Of a DNA stretch of 64,000 nt, positions 23,425-36,760 are shown piece by piece. Numbering within the stretch: the first letter of the stretch is position 1; every line of letters begins with the position of its first letter. Below the pieces are notes generated by a model. It was not told where the DNA came from, searched no databases, and saw nothing but the letters and a program-made list of their open reading frames with translations. The stretch is from Octopus sinensis (Eukaryota), in contig NC_043006.1 of assembly GCF_006345805.1 (NCBI RefSeq), forward strand, positions 68,696,001-68,760,000. Reading direction: 5' to 3'. A program made the position numbers and the translations under genes.

Positions 23425-23762
23425 TGTTTCACTCATTTGACTGCGGCCATGCTGGAGCATCGTCTTTAGTCAAATAAATCGTCCCCAGGACTTATTCTTT
23501 GTGAGCCTAGTACTCTATTCTATTGGTGCCTTTTGCTGAACTGCTAAGTTACAGAGATGTAGACACGCCACCATTGGTTGTCAAGCAATGGTAGGGGGGG
23601 ACAAACACAGACACACATACATATGATGGGCTTCTTTCAGTTTCCGTTTACCAAATCTGCTCACAAGGGTTTGGTCAGCTCGAGGATATAGTAAGGTGCC
23701 ATGCAGTGGGACTGAACCCAGAACCATGTGGTTGGCAAGCAAGTTACTTACCACACAGCCAC
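23425..23762 (-). mobile_element. SINE-A full length
   Basis: Reverse-complement match from tail to head. Confidence 0.85.
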
Positions 23763-23882
23763 TCATTACGCAAGGGGCACAACCATATATACACAAATGC
23801 GTACACACACATAGGCCACACACACACACACATCTATATGTATGTATGTATCTATATATATATATGTGTGTGTGTGTGTGTC

Positions 23883-24330
23883 CTTGAAATATTTAAAGCC
23901 ACAGTCGAACCAATCCTACTATATGGCTCAGAAACCTGGACGTTATCAAAGAAGCTTGAGAGGCGGTTGGATGGAACCTACACTCGCCTCCTTATGAGAG
24001 CTCAAAATCTCTCGTGGAGGCGCCATCCAACTAAAATGCAAATATATGGGAAATTACCACCTGTGTCATCTCTCGTGAAAGGTAGGAGAGTCCAGTTTGC
24101 TGGACATTGTTGTAGAGCTGAAAAAGAAGTAATTTCTACTCTTCTCCTCTGGAAGCCATCTACTCGCAACACCAGAGGGCGCACACTCTCCTACCCTGAT
24201 GTAATCTCCAGGGATACAGGCATCCAGCAACAGGACCTCCGTAATGCTATGATGGACCGTGAAGTCTGGCGCAACATGGTAAATTCCATTGTCTCGACCA
24301 CGGTCGAACAATGATGATGATGATGATGTG
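23883..24330 (+). mobile_element. 5'-truncated RTE-type LINE, open ORF2 C-terminus
   Basis: FKATVEPILLYGSETWTLSKKLERRLDGTYTRLLMRAQN...FAGHCCRA...DREVWR, stop, then (GAT)n. Confidence 0.9.
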
Positions 24331-25580
24331 TGTGTCCTTGCGTTTGTACTCGTCCTTCCACCACCCCCTGGCAACCAGCTTGTTGACGTCCCAGTAACTT
24401 AGCGGTTTACCCCAAGAGACTGATGGAGTTTCAAAATAAGTACCGGGGTCGATTTGTTTGGCTAAACCCTTCAAGTCAGTGCCCCAGCACAACTGTAGGT
24501 CGAACAGTTGGCTAAGTCATTAGGGCATTCGTCTCATAATCGTAAGGTCATTCGCCTCACGCACGCACGCATGCGCATACACACGCGCGCGCGTAAACAA
24601 ACACGCACACACAAAATATACGAACCTACATATACCAAGACATAAGCATACACGCGCGTATACACAAATACATACATCCACAACACATACATAACCATTT
24701 CATACATACAGACACACACACACACACACGTAGACGTATACACTAACGTGCATATAAACAAACATGCATAAACATTCAAGCATATGTATACGTCACACAC
24801 ACACACACATTACGCACAGGCACACCCATATATATATACAAACACGCGTACACACATAGGCACGAACACACATCACATACACAAACGTTCTCACATAAAC
24901 AAGACCACATCAAAAGAACTTCTTCGTTGTCGGTCGATATGTTAGAAATAATGGATAAATTTCTCTCGGATCGTAACTAAATTCCTTAAGAAAACGAAAG
25001 CTACATTGGATAACAAAAACCAAGGTACACAATATGTAAAATGGGACAGGTTAGTCATGGCTGGAAGGATGTCGACCATCCGTCGACTGGATTAAGAATG
25101 ATCTCGTCGACTGATGTAAGGAAACGATATAATAATGGTATAGGGGAAATAACTCTTTAAACTCTGAATTGAGTTACTTCCCTTATATCATATACCTATT
25201 CTATTTTCTAGTATAGTATCGTATCGCCTATCTGGCTTTCAGAAACCCGGGGATGCGATGGAATATCGTGCTATACTCTATTGAGCAAATATCTTAGTTT
25301 TGAAGTTGATTAATTTGATTTAGAAATATGTTAAATTGTATTTGTATCTATTAAATAAAATCATGTTCTTTACATTTCTTCGTTTAATTTTCAACCTATA
25401 AACATTCTACTATATATATCGTACGGTATGATATATTTAAAAATGTTTTAAGTGGATTAATAAATATTAAATACGCCCTTCTTTGGAAGAGTATTAAATT
25501 AAATCTTTTAAATACAATGTAGTTCTCTACTTATTGTAATTTATTTCATATTTTTAGTATATTTTTTATTTTATATTTTT

Positions 25581-25744
25581 TAGGCGCAGGAGTGGCTGTG
25601 TGGTAAGTAGCTTGTTTACCAACCACATGGTTCCGGGTTCAGTCCCACTGCGTGGCATCTTGAGCAAGTGTCTTCTACTATAGCCTCGGGCCGACCAAAG
25701 CCTTGTGAGTGGATTTGGTAGACGGAAACTGAAAGAAGCCCGTC

Positions 25745-25786
<42 letters not shown>

Positions 25787-26291
25787 CGGGAAGCTTTATG
25801 AAAATAGACAAAAGACGAAGGCAGGTGGAAAACAAACGAACAATTGTATTAGTATGGCGCTCAGGAAATATAAATAAAACAAGTCTTTAACGTTTCGAGC
25901 CTACGCTCTTCAACAGAAAGATACACAGAGAGAAAAAAAAAACACAGAAAGAAGGAGAGAAAAAAAATACGTGCAGTAGCTAACGAATCAACATGGCGAT
26001 CTGATTTCGGCCAGAGGTCAAAGATCAAACATGAGACGCGAGAGCGAAATAAGGGGAGATAATAGGGTTGATAATATGGTTGAAGGACCAGCTAATAGTG
26101 CGTAGGAGGGGTCTGGACGTGTGTATGTATAGGGTTTGTGTATGTATTAGTATGTATAAGGGTGTGTGTGTGTGTGTGTGTGTGTATGAGAGAGTATTAG
26201 TGCGTAGGATTGGTGTGGACGTGCGTATGTATGGGGTTGGTGTATGTATTAGTATGTATTAGTATGTATTAGTACGTATTAGTATGTATAA

Positions 26292-26346
<55 letters not shown>

Positions 26347-26572
26347 TGTGTGTGTTTGTGTGTCTGTGTTTGTCCCCCTAGCATTGTTTGACAACTGATG
26401 CTGGTGTGTTTACGTTCCCGTCACTTAGCGGTTCGGCAAAAGAGAACGATAGAATAAGTACTGGGCTTACAAAAGAATTAGTCCCGGGGTCGAGTTGCTC
26501 GATTAAAAGCGGTGCTCCAGCATGGCCGCAGTCAAATGACTGAAACAAGTAAAAGAGTAAAAGAGTAAAGAG
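25581..26572 (+). mobile_element. SINE-A split by a PLE-type insertion in its internal (TA)n
   Basis: CpG-intact head 25581-25748 and tail 26340-26572; the intervening element is listed separately. Confidence 0.8.
25788..26310 (-). mobile_element. PLE-type terminal-repeat element with hammerhead-like motif (25885-25920)
   Basis: Minus strand cttt-CTGTTGA-a-GAGC-gtag-GCTC-GAAA-cg-TT-aaag; homologous to 36330-36760 and 48185-48370. Confidence 0.7.
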
Positions 26573-26819
26573 TATATATTTAGACACGGTCTCCAGAAAA
26601 CCGGAAATTCCAGATATCCGGGACACTTTTAACCCAAGCTTGTCGGATCGAGTACTGCAATGTTGGTGAAAGCCTTAACCAGCCATCAGAAGCACCGACA
26701 GAAATGAAGAAATACAAGCGAAAAAAAAAAAGAAAAAGAAAACTCGGAGACGAGGGGGATATTTCCTTGTTAATGAGATTTCTTGCAAATTCTTCAAATC
26801 AATTTTAGATTTTCTTCAC

Positions 26820-27020
26820 CAACAGGTCCTGCAGTTTTTGAGGGAAGGGGCAAGTCGATCACAGCGATCTCTGTACTTGACAGTTACTTGTTTTATCGAC
26901 AGCGAAAGGATAAAGAGGTAAGTTGACCTTTGGGAGAATTTGAACTCAGAACGTAAAGACCGACTAAATGCCTCTCAGCACTTCAGTTGGCAAGTTACCG
27001 GTTCTGCCAGCTCGCCGCTT
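26820..27020 (-). mobile_element. SINE-B
   Basis: Reverse-complement match of head and central domain. Confidence 0.75.
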
Positions 27021-27095
27021 TGATAATATAATTTATTTAATAATATAATTTATTTAATTATTCTCTTATCTTTACTTCTGTAAAGTGAAATTTAT

Positions 27096-27211
27096 GCTTA
27101 ACTGAGGATGTCTGACGACTGAAACATGTCAGGACTTGTCTCCCATACTTGCTGCTTAACTGAGGATGCCTGACGACTGAAACATGTCAGGACTTGTCTC
27201 CCATACTTGCT
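27096..27211 (+). repeat. 58-bp tandem duplication
   Basis: gcttaactgaggatg(t/c)ctgacgactgaaacatgtcaggacttgtctcccatacttgct x2. Confidence 0.9.
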
Positions 27212-27574
27212 GCTATCTTAAAAATATAATTTTCCCTCATTACATAATTCTTTTCTACTCTAGGCGCAAGGCCCGACATTTTTGTTACATTTTACAGCCT
27301 TTACAGAGTTCATAAAAGCATTGAGCAGCAGTCATTACATCAGCATTTTGATACCCGACGTAGATCCTCATGACACAGGTTACTCTTTTCCAATATTAGG
27401 ATGGTTTCCAGTTCTCCATCTCAGCAAACATTTTCTCAATTACAACTTTAATCTTTATACCCTCCAACGCCGTTAGCTATTTACCAAAACATCGAGTTCT
27501 AGAAAAAACAAAACAAGAAAACATTAAAATTTAGCCCAAACATCCTGTATATAATTATGTGTGTAGGTGTATTT

Positions 27575-27662
<88 letters not shown>

Positions 27663-27689
27663 GTGCTATACCGTGATATACTCTTTTAC

Positions 27690-27892
27690 TCTTACTCTTT
27701 TACCTGTTTCAGTCACTTGACTGCGGCCATGCTGGAGCACCACCTTTAGTCGAGCAAATCGACCCCGGGACTTATTCTTTGTAAGACCAGTACTTATTCT
27801 ATCGGTCTCTTTTGCCGAACCGCTAAGTGACAGGGACGTAAACACACCAGCATCGGTTGTCAAGCAATGCTGGGGGACAAACACATACACAT

Positions 27893-27940
<48 letters not shown>

Positions 27941-28104
27941 GACAGGCTTCTTTCAGTTTCCGTCTACCAAATCCACTCACAAGGCATTGGTCGGCCCGGG
28001 GCTATAGCAGAAGACACTTGCACAAGATGCCACGCAGTAGGAGTGAACCCGGAGCCATGTGGTTGGTTAGCAAGCTACTTACCACACAGCCACTCCTGCG
28101 CCTA
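27690..28104 (-). mobile_element. SINE-A full length, CpG largely intact
   Basis: Complete tail, body, microsatellite and head. Confidence 0.9.
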
Positions 28105-28329
28105 TGTATATATGTGTATTTACTGTGGATATATAAACCAGGTTGTACTTATTCTCTTTTTCTACTCTATTTGGTTCTTCTGGTGACCAACCTTATCTTT
28201 GAGCACATTAATTATTCTGAAAGCTCTTCATGTTTAGTCCATCACCATCCCTACAAACCACAGCAGTCTCTTCTTTCATCCTCGCTTTCTATCCCTAACC
28301 TGTTAGTCAACCATTACACATACATACAC

Positions 28330-28569
28330 ACACAAATGTCTTTGTGTATGTGATTGTCCTCTTACACCACCACCACCGCTTAACAACCCGCGTTGGTTTG
28401 TTTACGTCCATGTAAGCTACCCGTTCGGCAAAGGAGACCGATAGCAGAAGTACCAGGTTTAAAAAATTGTTACTGGGGGGTGGGGGTTAGGGAGTTCATT
28501 AGTTCAGCTGAACTCTTCAAGGCAGTGCCCCAGCACGGCCGCAGTCGAATGACTGAAATAAGAAATAAA

Positions 28570-28570
<1 letters not shown>
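28330..28570 (+). mobile_element. SINE-A 3' half
   Basis: ggcagtgccccagcacggccgcagtcgaatgactgaaataag tail. Confidence 0.75.
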
Positions 28571-28625
<55 letters not shown>

Positions 28626-28707
28626 CAGGAGAGAGAAAAAGAAAGACAGAGGCGAAGAAAAAGAGAGAGAGGGAAGAGAGTATGAAGATGAGTTAATCAA
28701 TGGACCG

Positions 28708-28738
<31 letters not shown>

Positions 28739-28758
28739 CAGCAGCAGTAGTAGTAGTA

Positions 28759-28789
<31 letters not shown>

Positions 28790-29221
28790 CAGCAGTAGAG
28801 ACAGAATTCTGTGTGAAGAAGCGAAGTTCTATCGGAGAGTTTTGGCATTGGATTCTAGGATTCTCCATTAGGCAGGAGAGGCACTCTGCCAGAAACGTGT
28901 TCCGTGGTGTCGCCACACTGTCTTACTAATGCTCTACCCCGACTTCCCGTACACAGCGTCTTCCTCGGGGACCATTTATCGCTCAGAAAAGCCCCTTTGT
29001 TCTCCGTATATCAAACATTTTATCCCAAACCAACTCTCCGTCCAATGAGACCATTCCCACCTCATTTGCTTTGCAGCTAACTTTTTTTTTCTTCACTTCC
29101 CATCACACACACACACACACACACCACACGCACACGCACACGCACACACACACGCACATGCACACACGTATTCCTGTGCATGTGTACGTACGTATGTATG
29201 CATGTGTGTGTATATATATAT

Positions 29222-29520
29222 TCTTTTATTCTTTTGCTTCAGTCATTTGACTGCGGCCATGCTGGAGCACCTCCTTTAGTCGAACGAATCGACCCCGGGA
29301 CTTATTCTTTGATAACCGAATACTTATTCTATTGGTATCTTTTGTCGAACTGCTATGTTACTGGGACGTAAACACACCAGCATCGGTTGTCAATCGATGT
29401 TGGAGGACACACGCACGCACGCACGCTCACACACACACACACGCATGACGGGCTTCTTTCCGCTTCCGTCTACCAAATCCACTCACAAGGTTTTGGTCGG
29501 CCCGAGGCTATACTAGAAGA
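29222..29520 (-). mobile_element. SINE-A (head truncated)
   Basis: Reverse-complement match. Confidence 0.8.
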
Positions 29521-29644
29521 CATTTGTCCATCTGTGACCTCTTCAGTGACACTTTTCGTTTTCGTGTGTGTTCTTGCTCCACCTACTCCCTTCTGTTCTT
29601 CTAAGAAAAGTATCCTAATGTGCGCATGCGTTTGTGCCCTTGTG

Positions 29645-29676
<32 letters not shown>

Positions 29677-29887
29677 CGTGTGTGCATGTGTGTGGGTGTG
29701 TATGTTTGTGTGTGCGTCATAGTTTTAGCAGCTGTGTGGCCTTCCCCTCAGCCCCATCCTCTCATCCACTGTGTTGTTGCTGTCCTAAGACCCCACCCAC
29801 CAAAAAAAAAAAACCAATGGTACAGTTTCTGTATTCCTCTGTGTACGTGTTTTCGCCCACGGTGTTGCCATCGTGGTATTTTCAGCC

Positions 29888-30115
29888 AGGCGGCGTGCTG
29901 GCAGAACCGTTAGCACGCCGGGCAAAATGCGTAGCCGTATTTCGTCTGTCGTTACGTTCTGAGTTCAAATTCCGCCGAGGTCGACTTTGTCTTTCATCCT
30001 TCCGGGTCGATAAATCAAGTACCAGCTACGCACTGGGGTCGATGTAATCGACTTAATACCTATGTCTGTCCTTGTTTGTCCCCTCTGTGTTTAGCCCCTT
30101 GTGGGCAGTAAAGAA
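29888..30115 (+). mobile_element. SINE-B monomer, type-1 tail
   Basis: ggcggcgtgctggcagaaccgttagcacgccggg...tttagccccttgtgggcagtaaagaaat. Confidence 0.85.
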
Positions 30116-30279
30116 ATTGGTATTTGTTGTTGTTATTGCCATCGTTGTCACGGCCGCTGCTGCTGTCATTAATTGTGTTATTGACATTGTTATGGCCGTC
30201 CATGAAATTTCTTGTGTGTGTGTGTATGTGTGTGTATGGATTCGCTTCATTTGTTATATGTATCCATGCCTTTTATATA

Positions 30280-30765
30280 TTAGGTGGGTAACTGAGTTCC
30301 CGCCGTTTTTTTAAATTTAAATTTTTTAAACGGTTTAATAAAAAATAACTAATTAATCAAGAATGTCTTCACCCTTGTTGTTTACAATTTCTTTCCAACA
30401 AGATTTTCAATACCTCGTTGGTAGAAATCGCTCGATTTCGACTCGAAAAATTGATCCAATCAAGCTCTCAATTCTGCATCAGTGTTGAACGAAACTCCGC
30501 GCATAGCATTTGAAAGAGATCGAAAGCGGTGGAAATCCGTTGGTGCCAAATTAGGAGAGTACGGCGGGTGAGGCAGCACTTCCCAGTCATGCATTTGAAT
30601 GGCTTCCTTGGTCATATTGGCGATATGAGGGCGGGTGTTGTCGTGCAGCAGAACTCCATGCTGACGATTAGGTCTTTTCTCTTGAATAGCCGTGTTGAGT
30701 CGTTCCATCTGTTGAACATAGAGTTCCGCGTTGACGTTTGGTTCCGTTCAAGCATACAAACAGAA
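30280..30765 (-). mobile_element. Mariner relic (3' part)
   Basis: TA + TIR ttaggtgggtaactgagttcccgccg; ORF 30460-30708 has HDNTRPH...PHPPYSPNLAPTDFH. Confidence 0.9.
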
Positions 30766-31039
30766 ACCTTGGCACGCATCATGGATTGGTTTGGACAGTT
30801 ATCAATGTATCCAAATATGAAGAAGAAGCTTGTCGTCACTGGATTCGATAGACAACCACATGTGTGTGTATGCGCGTGTGTTTGTGCATCTGTGAATAAA
30901 TATGTGTGTTAATGTATTTTACTGTTGGTTATGATGCCTGCATACATGTATAAATGCCTGTAGTGTGTATGTTCATGTTTGTGCGTGCATGTATGTATAT
31001 GTACGTGCCAAGGTGTCTGCTTGTGTGCATATAGATATA

Positions 31040-31310
31040 TTTATGTGTATGTATTCAAGAAAATCAATAACAGACATTCAAGATCTTAGACCTATTTTGT
31101 GTGGCGACTTAAGGAAGATAAAATTAGGTATAACATAACGTGGTCCATAGTAAGGCACGCAAAATCATATAATATCATTTCCAGGAGATGCCGACTCTGC
31201 TCCGAGGAATCTCTGTTTATTCTGTGAACCAATAAGAAGATCATTAATAGAATTTCTGAAAGTCTCTCAAAATGCTTACATGCATATAAATGCATTATCA
31301 CAATGCAGTG
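31040..31310 (+). pseudogene. Penelope-like GIY-YIG endonuclease C-terminal fragment
   Basis: VWRLKEDKIRYNITWSIVRHAKSYNIISRRCRLCSEESLFIL*...SESLSKCLH (cf. IWxLK...I.WSI...CxLCxxEKL.I...SE..SKC.H). Confidence 0.75.
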
Positions 31311-31686
31311 AGAATGAATATGAGTAACTGTTAACGTAATTCACCTTAATGTATGGATGAATTAAATTTTGCTCTAACCTCCCCATTCTTATAAACACCA
31401 AGTAGCTATTTAATTCTATGTGAACGTATGCATGCCAGACCACACGTGTGCGTATGCTTACATCTTCGTGGATGCTTGTCTGAGCGAGTGTACATGCGCC
31501 ATACAACCTACGCGAGTGCGTTTAAACATCCATATCCGTTAACGGTTATATTTAATACTTTTTCGCTGTACTGCGTATTTGTTTCTTTTTTGCATCTATT
31601 ATTTTATAAGTGATCTTCTGTATAAATGAAGCTAAATCTTTTAATTTGCTGCTTGGAACTGTTATTTCAACGAGTTGTGTCTATTT

Positions 31687-31789
31687 ATCACCCGAAGAGA
31701 TGCATCTTTACCGTCGGTCGGATGCTACTGAGCAAATTTTTAAGTATCCCACCTGTAAGGGATCGATGGGTCGAAACAATTGTAGTGAT
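31687..31789 (+). ncRNA. Degenerate type I hammerhead motif in a PLE pseudo-LTR
   Basis: atcac-CCGAAGA-gatgcatc...gatgggtc-GAAA-caattg-TA-gtgat. U4 is replaced by C; AATAAA follows. Confidence 0.55.
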
Positions 31790-31847
31790 CAATAAAATTC
31801 ACGCATCATCCATCTTCCGTCTCTCATTAACCATATATATATATCGG

Positions 31848-32118
31848 AGACCCCCTTCGGTCACGACACAGACCATGGGATTGCACCTAGAAAGTTACCC
31901 TCCTAGACACAAGTCCGGGCGAGGTTGTTTATGGAAGACCAGCAGTCGCCCATGCATACCAGCCTCCCCTCCACGCCACCAGTGTTATCCAAGGGAAAGA
32001 CAAAGGTCGATACAGCTTGGCACCAGTGACGTCGCAACTCATTTCTACAGCTGAGTGAACTGGGATTCGAGCTTACAACCTCACGATCGTAAGCTCGACG
32101 CTCTAACCACTGAGCCAT
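31848..32118 (-). mobile_element. tRNA-derived SINE (SINE-C group)
   Basis: Head atggctcagtggttagagcgtcgagcttacgatcgtgaggttgtaagctcgaatcc. Confidence 0.8.
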
Positions 32119-32119
32119 T

Positions 32120-32305
32120 TGGAGGAAAGAATGAGAGAAAGTTGTGGCGAAAGAGTCAGCAGAAGTTTGCTGTTACCTTCTGCCGGAGCCGCGTGGGGCT
32201 TAGGAGTTCCGCTCATAAACACACACATCTCCCGGTCTGAGATTCGAATCCGCGAGCTTTCGACCGCGAGTTCGCTGCTCTAACCACTAGGCCATGTGCC
32301 TCCAC
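32120..32305 (-). mobile_element. tRNA(Arg-like)-derived SINE fragment
   Basis: Head gtggaggcacatggcctagtggttagagcagcgaactcgcggtcgaaagctcgcggattcgaatctc. Confidence 0.75.
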
Positions 32306-32479
32306 TAAATATACACACACACACATGCAAAGACACACATATATTTGTGTATGTGCTGCGTGTGTGTGTGTGTATGTCTGTGCGTGTGTTTGTGTGTATG
32401 TGCGTGTATTTGCAATCAGGTGTGAAGAATCGACGTACTCTGAGAGATAGTCCAATGATGTAACATAATCTGGGCTGGT

Positions 32480-33530
32480 AATCCGGAATTTTGATAGACA
32501 GTATAACCACAAGTACCATTTTTTCCAAGAAGATTATCCCTATCTCACCATAAAGATATACCTAAAAAAATGCCTGCTTCAAGTAAAAGAAAGGAAGAAA
32601 AAAAGAAAATTTCATCAAAAGCATTAAATGGGGAAAATATTTTCACGAGAAGGATTCTATCGAAAACTTAATCAAGATCAATACCAAGTGAAATCTCGTA
32701 AATCGATTAATATCTTGCTTCTTTTGAACACGATTTATTCTTGATGATTAAGAACGTTAAAATCGACTTAACATACAAATAATTTTTGAAACAATCTCGG
32801 GGAACAAAAAAAAAAAAAAGAAAAAGAAAAAGAGAGAATAAATGGATCAAGAAGACTAAAATATTTTCATAGACTCGAACAAAAATTAAAAGCCTTTATG
32901 AATTTGATAAAAGAACTTACCATCGATTCCTGTCCAACTTTGTTTGCATCTAGTTCCTACTTAAAAACTTAACCTGCAACTTTAAATGACATTTAAGATA
33001 TCGACGAAAAACATTGTTATTCGACACAAAAGAGATAAGAGATATCCTTCCAGTCCATAAATCTTATTTCATGCTTAAACAACCCGCAAATTACCAGCCA
33101 CCCATCCAGAAAGATTATCAACTACATCCCACCTCTTTGAAATCTGACCTTGGCATCGTCAGCAAATATATCTGATATGCTATTATTTCGAAGATTAAAA
33201 TTCCTTCTCTGGAATAATTCTAACACTGTCGTTAATCGGTTCTACCTCAGGCCCTTAAACTTTATTGCTAATTCTCCCTGTTCGATATCCGGATCTGTTT
33301 TTCTTTCTATGACCAAACAACTTTCGTACAGTGACTTCCAACTTCTCCAGAACCAATATTACAATATTACAATCAAATCTAATGATTTTGATTTATTGCA
33401 CACCAAAAAGCATGTCCTTCCTTTCTACGGTAATACCACATGGATAACAAAAATAACATACCACTGATCCCTTCGATGTGAGGATAATAGCTACGGATTA
33501 CACAGATGTTCACATCATGAGCCTATATAT
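32480..33530 (+). pseudogene. Penelope-like RT N-terminal region, heavily frameshifted
   Basis: Fragments such as ASFEHDLFLMIKNVK, LKSDLGIVSKYI, LWNNSNTVVN, LLHTKKHVL and TDPFDV fit PLE reverse transcriptase. Confidence 0.7.
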
Positions 33531-33740
33531 TCTACATTCCTGGCCAAAGAATTACCCCTTTCGTCACCAGACAATTAAACAGAGATGATGACACTGCGAG
33601 TTAGTGGAATTAATCTTAAGTAGTAACATTTTTATGTTTATAAAAAATGCAGTCTTTAAATAAAAATTTTATCAATGGTTTCTCCCGTCGTTTGAATGGA
33701 TACACAATTTTCTCATTAAAAAAACTGTCGTTAAATTTTA

Positions 33741-34103
33741 TAGGGTCATCCCATAAATAATGCGGCTTTTTCAGTTGCATGAACTAAAAGTCGGAGGGGG
33801 ACGGGATAAACTACCTGCATCAACATGCTATAAAATCAGGTCGTAATTTTACCTTGTACTTATTCTCAGTGCAAGTTTTGAAGAGTGCAGTTATTTTTTC
33901 AAAGTTATAATGCAAGTGACAAAGGAGCATATTCGGCATATTTTGCTTTATGTGTTCAATAAAGACAACAATGCAACGGAAAGTGCGAGGAATATTAATG
34001 CAGTATATGGGGATTGGACAATAAGTGTAAGCCAGTGTCAATCGTGGTTCCAGAAATTCCGAGCTGAAAACTATATCCTAGAAGACGAGGCTCGTCCTGG
34101 AAG
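33741..34103 (+). mobile_element. Mariner relic (5' part)
   Basis: TA + TIR tagggtcatcccataaataatgcgg; MQVTKEHIRHILLY...WFQKFRAENYILEDEARPGR (HTH region). Confidence 0.9.
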
Positions 34104-34104
34104 A

Positions 34105-34335
34105 TAATAATAATAATAATAATAATAATATAATAAACAACAACAACAACAACAACGAAAAATACCTTAGGAATGAGAATCCAGGTTCGAAATTTCCCCA
34201 AGATACCTGATGAAAGCTGGAGGGTATATCAGCCAAAATGTTGTGTTAACAACAAACAAGATGAGGACAAATATCCGTCAAAAGTAAATAATGTACATAA
34301 TTCCTCATCTCTTAGATATAGAACTGTATTATGAA
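34105..34335 (+). mobile_element. Headless copy of the tRNA-hammerhead element
   Basis: cgaaaaataccttaggaatgagaat...gatacCTGATGAaagctg...cagccAAAAtgttgtgtt, homologous to 4500-4640. Confidence 0.8.
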
Positions 34336-35261
34336 TTAAGTTATCCAGATTTTTAAATGTTCATTATTCTGTACTTAAAATTGATCTTACTCAAATCCTA
34401 CTAAGTAGTGGTTAAGGGATAGGCTCCTATGGGATCTAAAATTCCCGTTTCGAGTCGAGATCGATGTCATTCTGTTTACTATCCTCCACTCAAAATGATA
34501 TATCCTCCAGCTCATCTTATGTATAAAAGAATTAGTTGTTTTCTAAAAATAAATAAGTAGTTTTATGTACTAGGGAAATCATTGAGTGATAAACCGATGT
34601 ATGATTTCTCCATTCCGAAGGTAATCCGTTCTCAGTGCTCCAACGAAAGAGTGGAGAAATATATTTAGGGAATAGAGGTTTAGGGGTTTCCAGGTAAATA
34701 CCAAGTCAGCAATTCACCTTAAAGCCTGGCTAACGAAATGCAGAGGTAAAGAAATCAGATAAAAGTATCCCTTTAATCCGAATAACATTTTATGCAAACT
34801 GTAAATCCGGGATTAATACTGATTTTCGTAGACTATAAAAGTAAGCAAAAGAATGAAAATTTTTACAGATGATTGAAAATAGGTTAAAATGAAAAAGAAA
34901 TTATTAAAACTCCTTTACTTCAAGTAGAAATGGAAATATTCGGTGTCCTATAAATAGGACACGGAGACAATGTGATATAGCTTTTAATGTTCTCATTTAG
35001 TGTCTTGTTTATAGGACAGTGGGACTTAATGTGTTAAGATGTATTTATTGCTAGAAATATCTTGGATTTTTCTCTCACGTTTTGCACAGTTTAACATGTT
35101 TCTGGCAACTGAAGCAGGTCCTCCAAGATAAAGCAATAGCTTTATCTGAACAAATAATCTGATCTGTCTCTTTTTTTCTCTTTGCTTGTGCGAATTTCTG
35201 ATAGCATTACAATCTGCTCTTTATAATTTGTTACATTGTCTTTTTCCTCCCTTATTTCTTA

Positions 35262-35708
35262 TTTCTTTATTGCCCACAAAGGGCTAAACATAGAGGGGGT
35301 AAACAAGGACAGACAAAGGAATTATGTTGAATACATCGATCCCAGTGCGTTACTGGTACTTAATTTATCGACCCGGAAAGGATGAAAGGCAAAGTCGACC
35401 TCGGCGGAATTTGAACTCAGAACATAACGGCAGACGAAATATCGCTAAGCACTTTGCCCGGCGTGTTAACGTTTCTTATTTCTTTATTGCCCCCAAGGGG
35501 CTAAACATAGAGGGGGCAAATAAGGACAGACAAAGGAATTAAGTCGAATATATCAACCCAGTGCGTAAGTGGTACTTAATTTATCGACCCGGAAAGGATG
35601 AAAGGCAAAGTCGATCTCGACGGAATTTGAACTCAGAACATAATGGCGGACGAAATACCACTAAACACTCCGCCGGGCGTGCTATCGTTTCTGCTAGCTC
35701 GTCGCCTT
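35262..35708 (-). mobile_element. SINE-B head-to-tail dimer
   Basis: Same inter-unit junction (gggcaataaagaaataagaaacgtt) as at 10.07 kb. Confidence 0.85.
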
Positions 35709-35939
35709 ATAATCTAATCTATTGATTAAATTCTTCTATGAACCTCACTATCTAGTTAGGTGTTATTCTTGTAACCTAGTCAGAAGAAATGATTGGTAGA
35801 ACTTCCATTACTACGCATATATAGATGCATACACTATATATGACTATATATATTTACACACACATACACATTTACACATATACAAATACAGAAATTTATA
35901 TATTTATGGATAATCTTATATGGAAGGTGATATTTACTC

Positions 35940-35974
<35 letters not shown>

Positions 35975-35995
35975 CATACATACAAGTGTTATATA

Positions 35996-36047
<52 letters not shown>

Positions 36048-36329
36048 CACCTGTCTGTGTTCGGATTGTCTTTGCACAGGGGCCATCCGGACTCCCGCCT
36101 TCGCCGTGAACTGGAATTAATCTTCTCCCTTCGCTCCTTTGCGCCATATGTGCTCAACTCCCATCCTCACCTCTCTTCTTCTGACACCTACTTCCTCTCT
36201 TCACTCCTACCCACCTTCTCTCTTCATTGACACCCCCTTAACCCACATCACACCACCCCATACCATCACACACGCACTAGAACTGACCACTTTCCAGCAC
36301 TCACACCACACACCATCATTTGCACACCC

Positions 36330-36760
36330 ACGCGCCATCATCAGCACACCTACGCACTATCATCCACAAACCCACACATTACAGACGCACACACTTACAC
36401 ACACACACATCCACACGCCAAAGTCACTAGCCCCTATCCACATACACACATTCTCACATGCATACACACGCACGCACACCTTCGTTTTGGGATCACCAAT
36501 ACTTTATAATCTCCCCTTCTTTCTACCTCTCCTGTCAAAACCTTTTCCTAGCCAATCGACATGTTTGATCGCTAAATCCACAAGTTTTACTCTCACTGTG
36601 TTTATTTTCTGTTATTCCTCTCTGTTGAAGAGCGTAGGCTCGAAACGTGAAAAACTTTCTCATTTTCCCGAGCGTCAAACTAATAAATCTATTTGTTGTT
36701 CATACACCTGTCTTCGTCTTTTGTTTTTTTTTTTGGTAAATTTCAACTATATATATATAT
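36330..36760 (+). mobile_element. PLE-type terminal-repeat element with hammerhead-like motif (36618-36653)
   Basis: ctctCTGTTGAaGAGCgtagGCTCGAAAcgTGaaaa; flanked by (TA)n. Confidence 0.65.

Noticed and set aside
27096-27211. Hammerhead-like words (CTGAGGA/CTGACGA, GAAAcatgTC) in the 58-bp tandem duplication
   Set aside because: I could not form both stem I and stem II in any register; kept only as a duplication.
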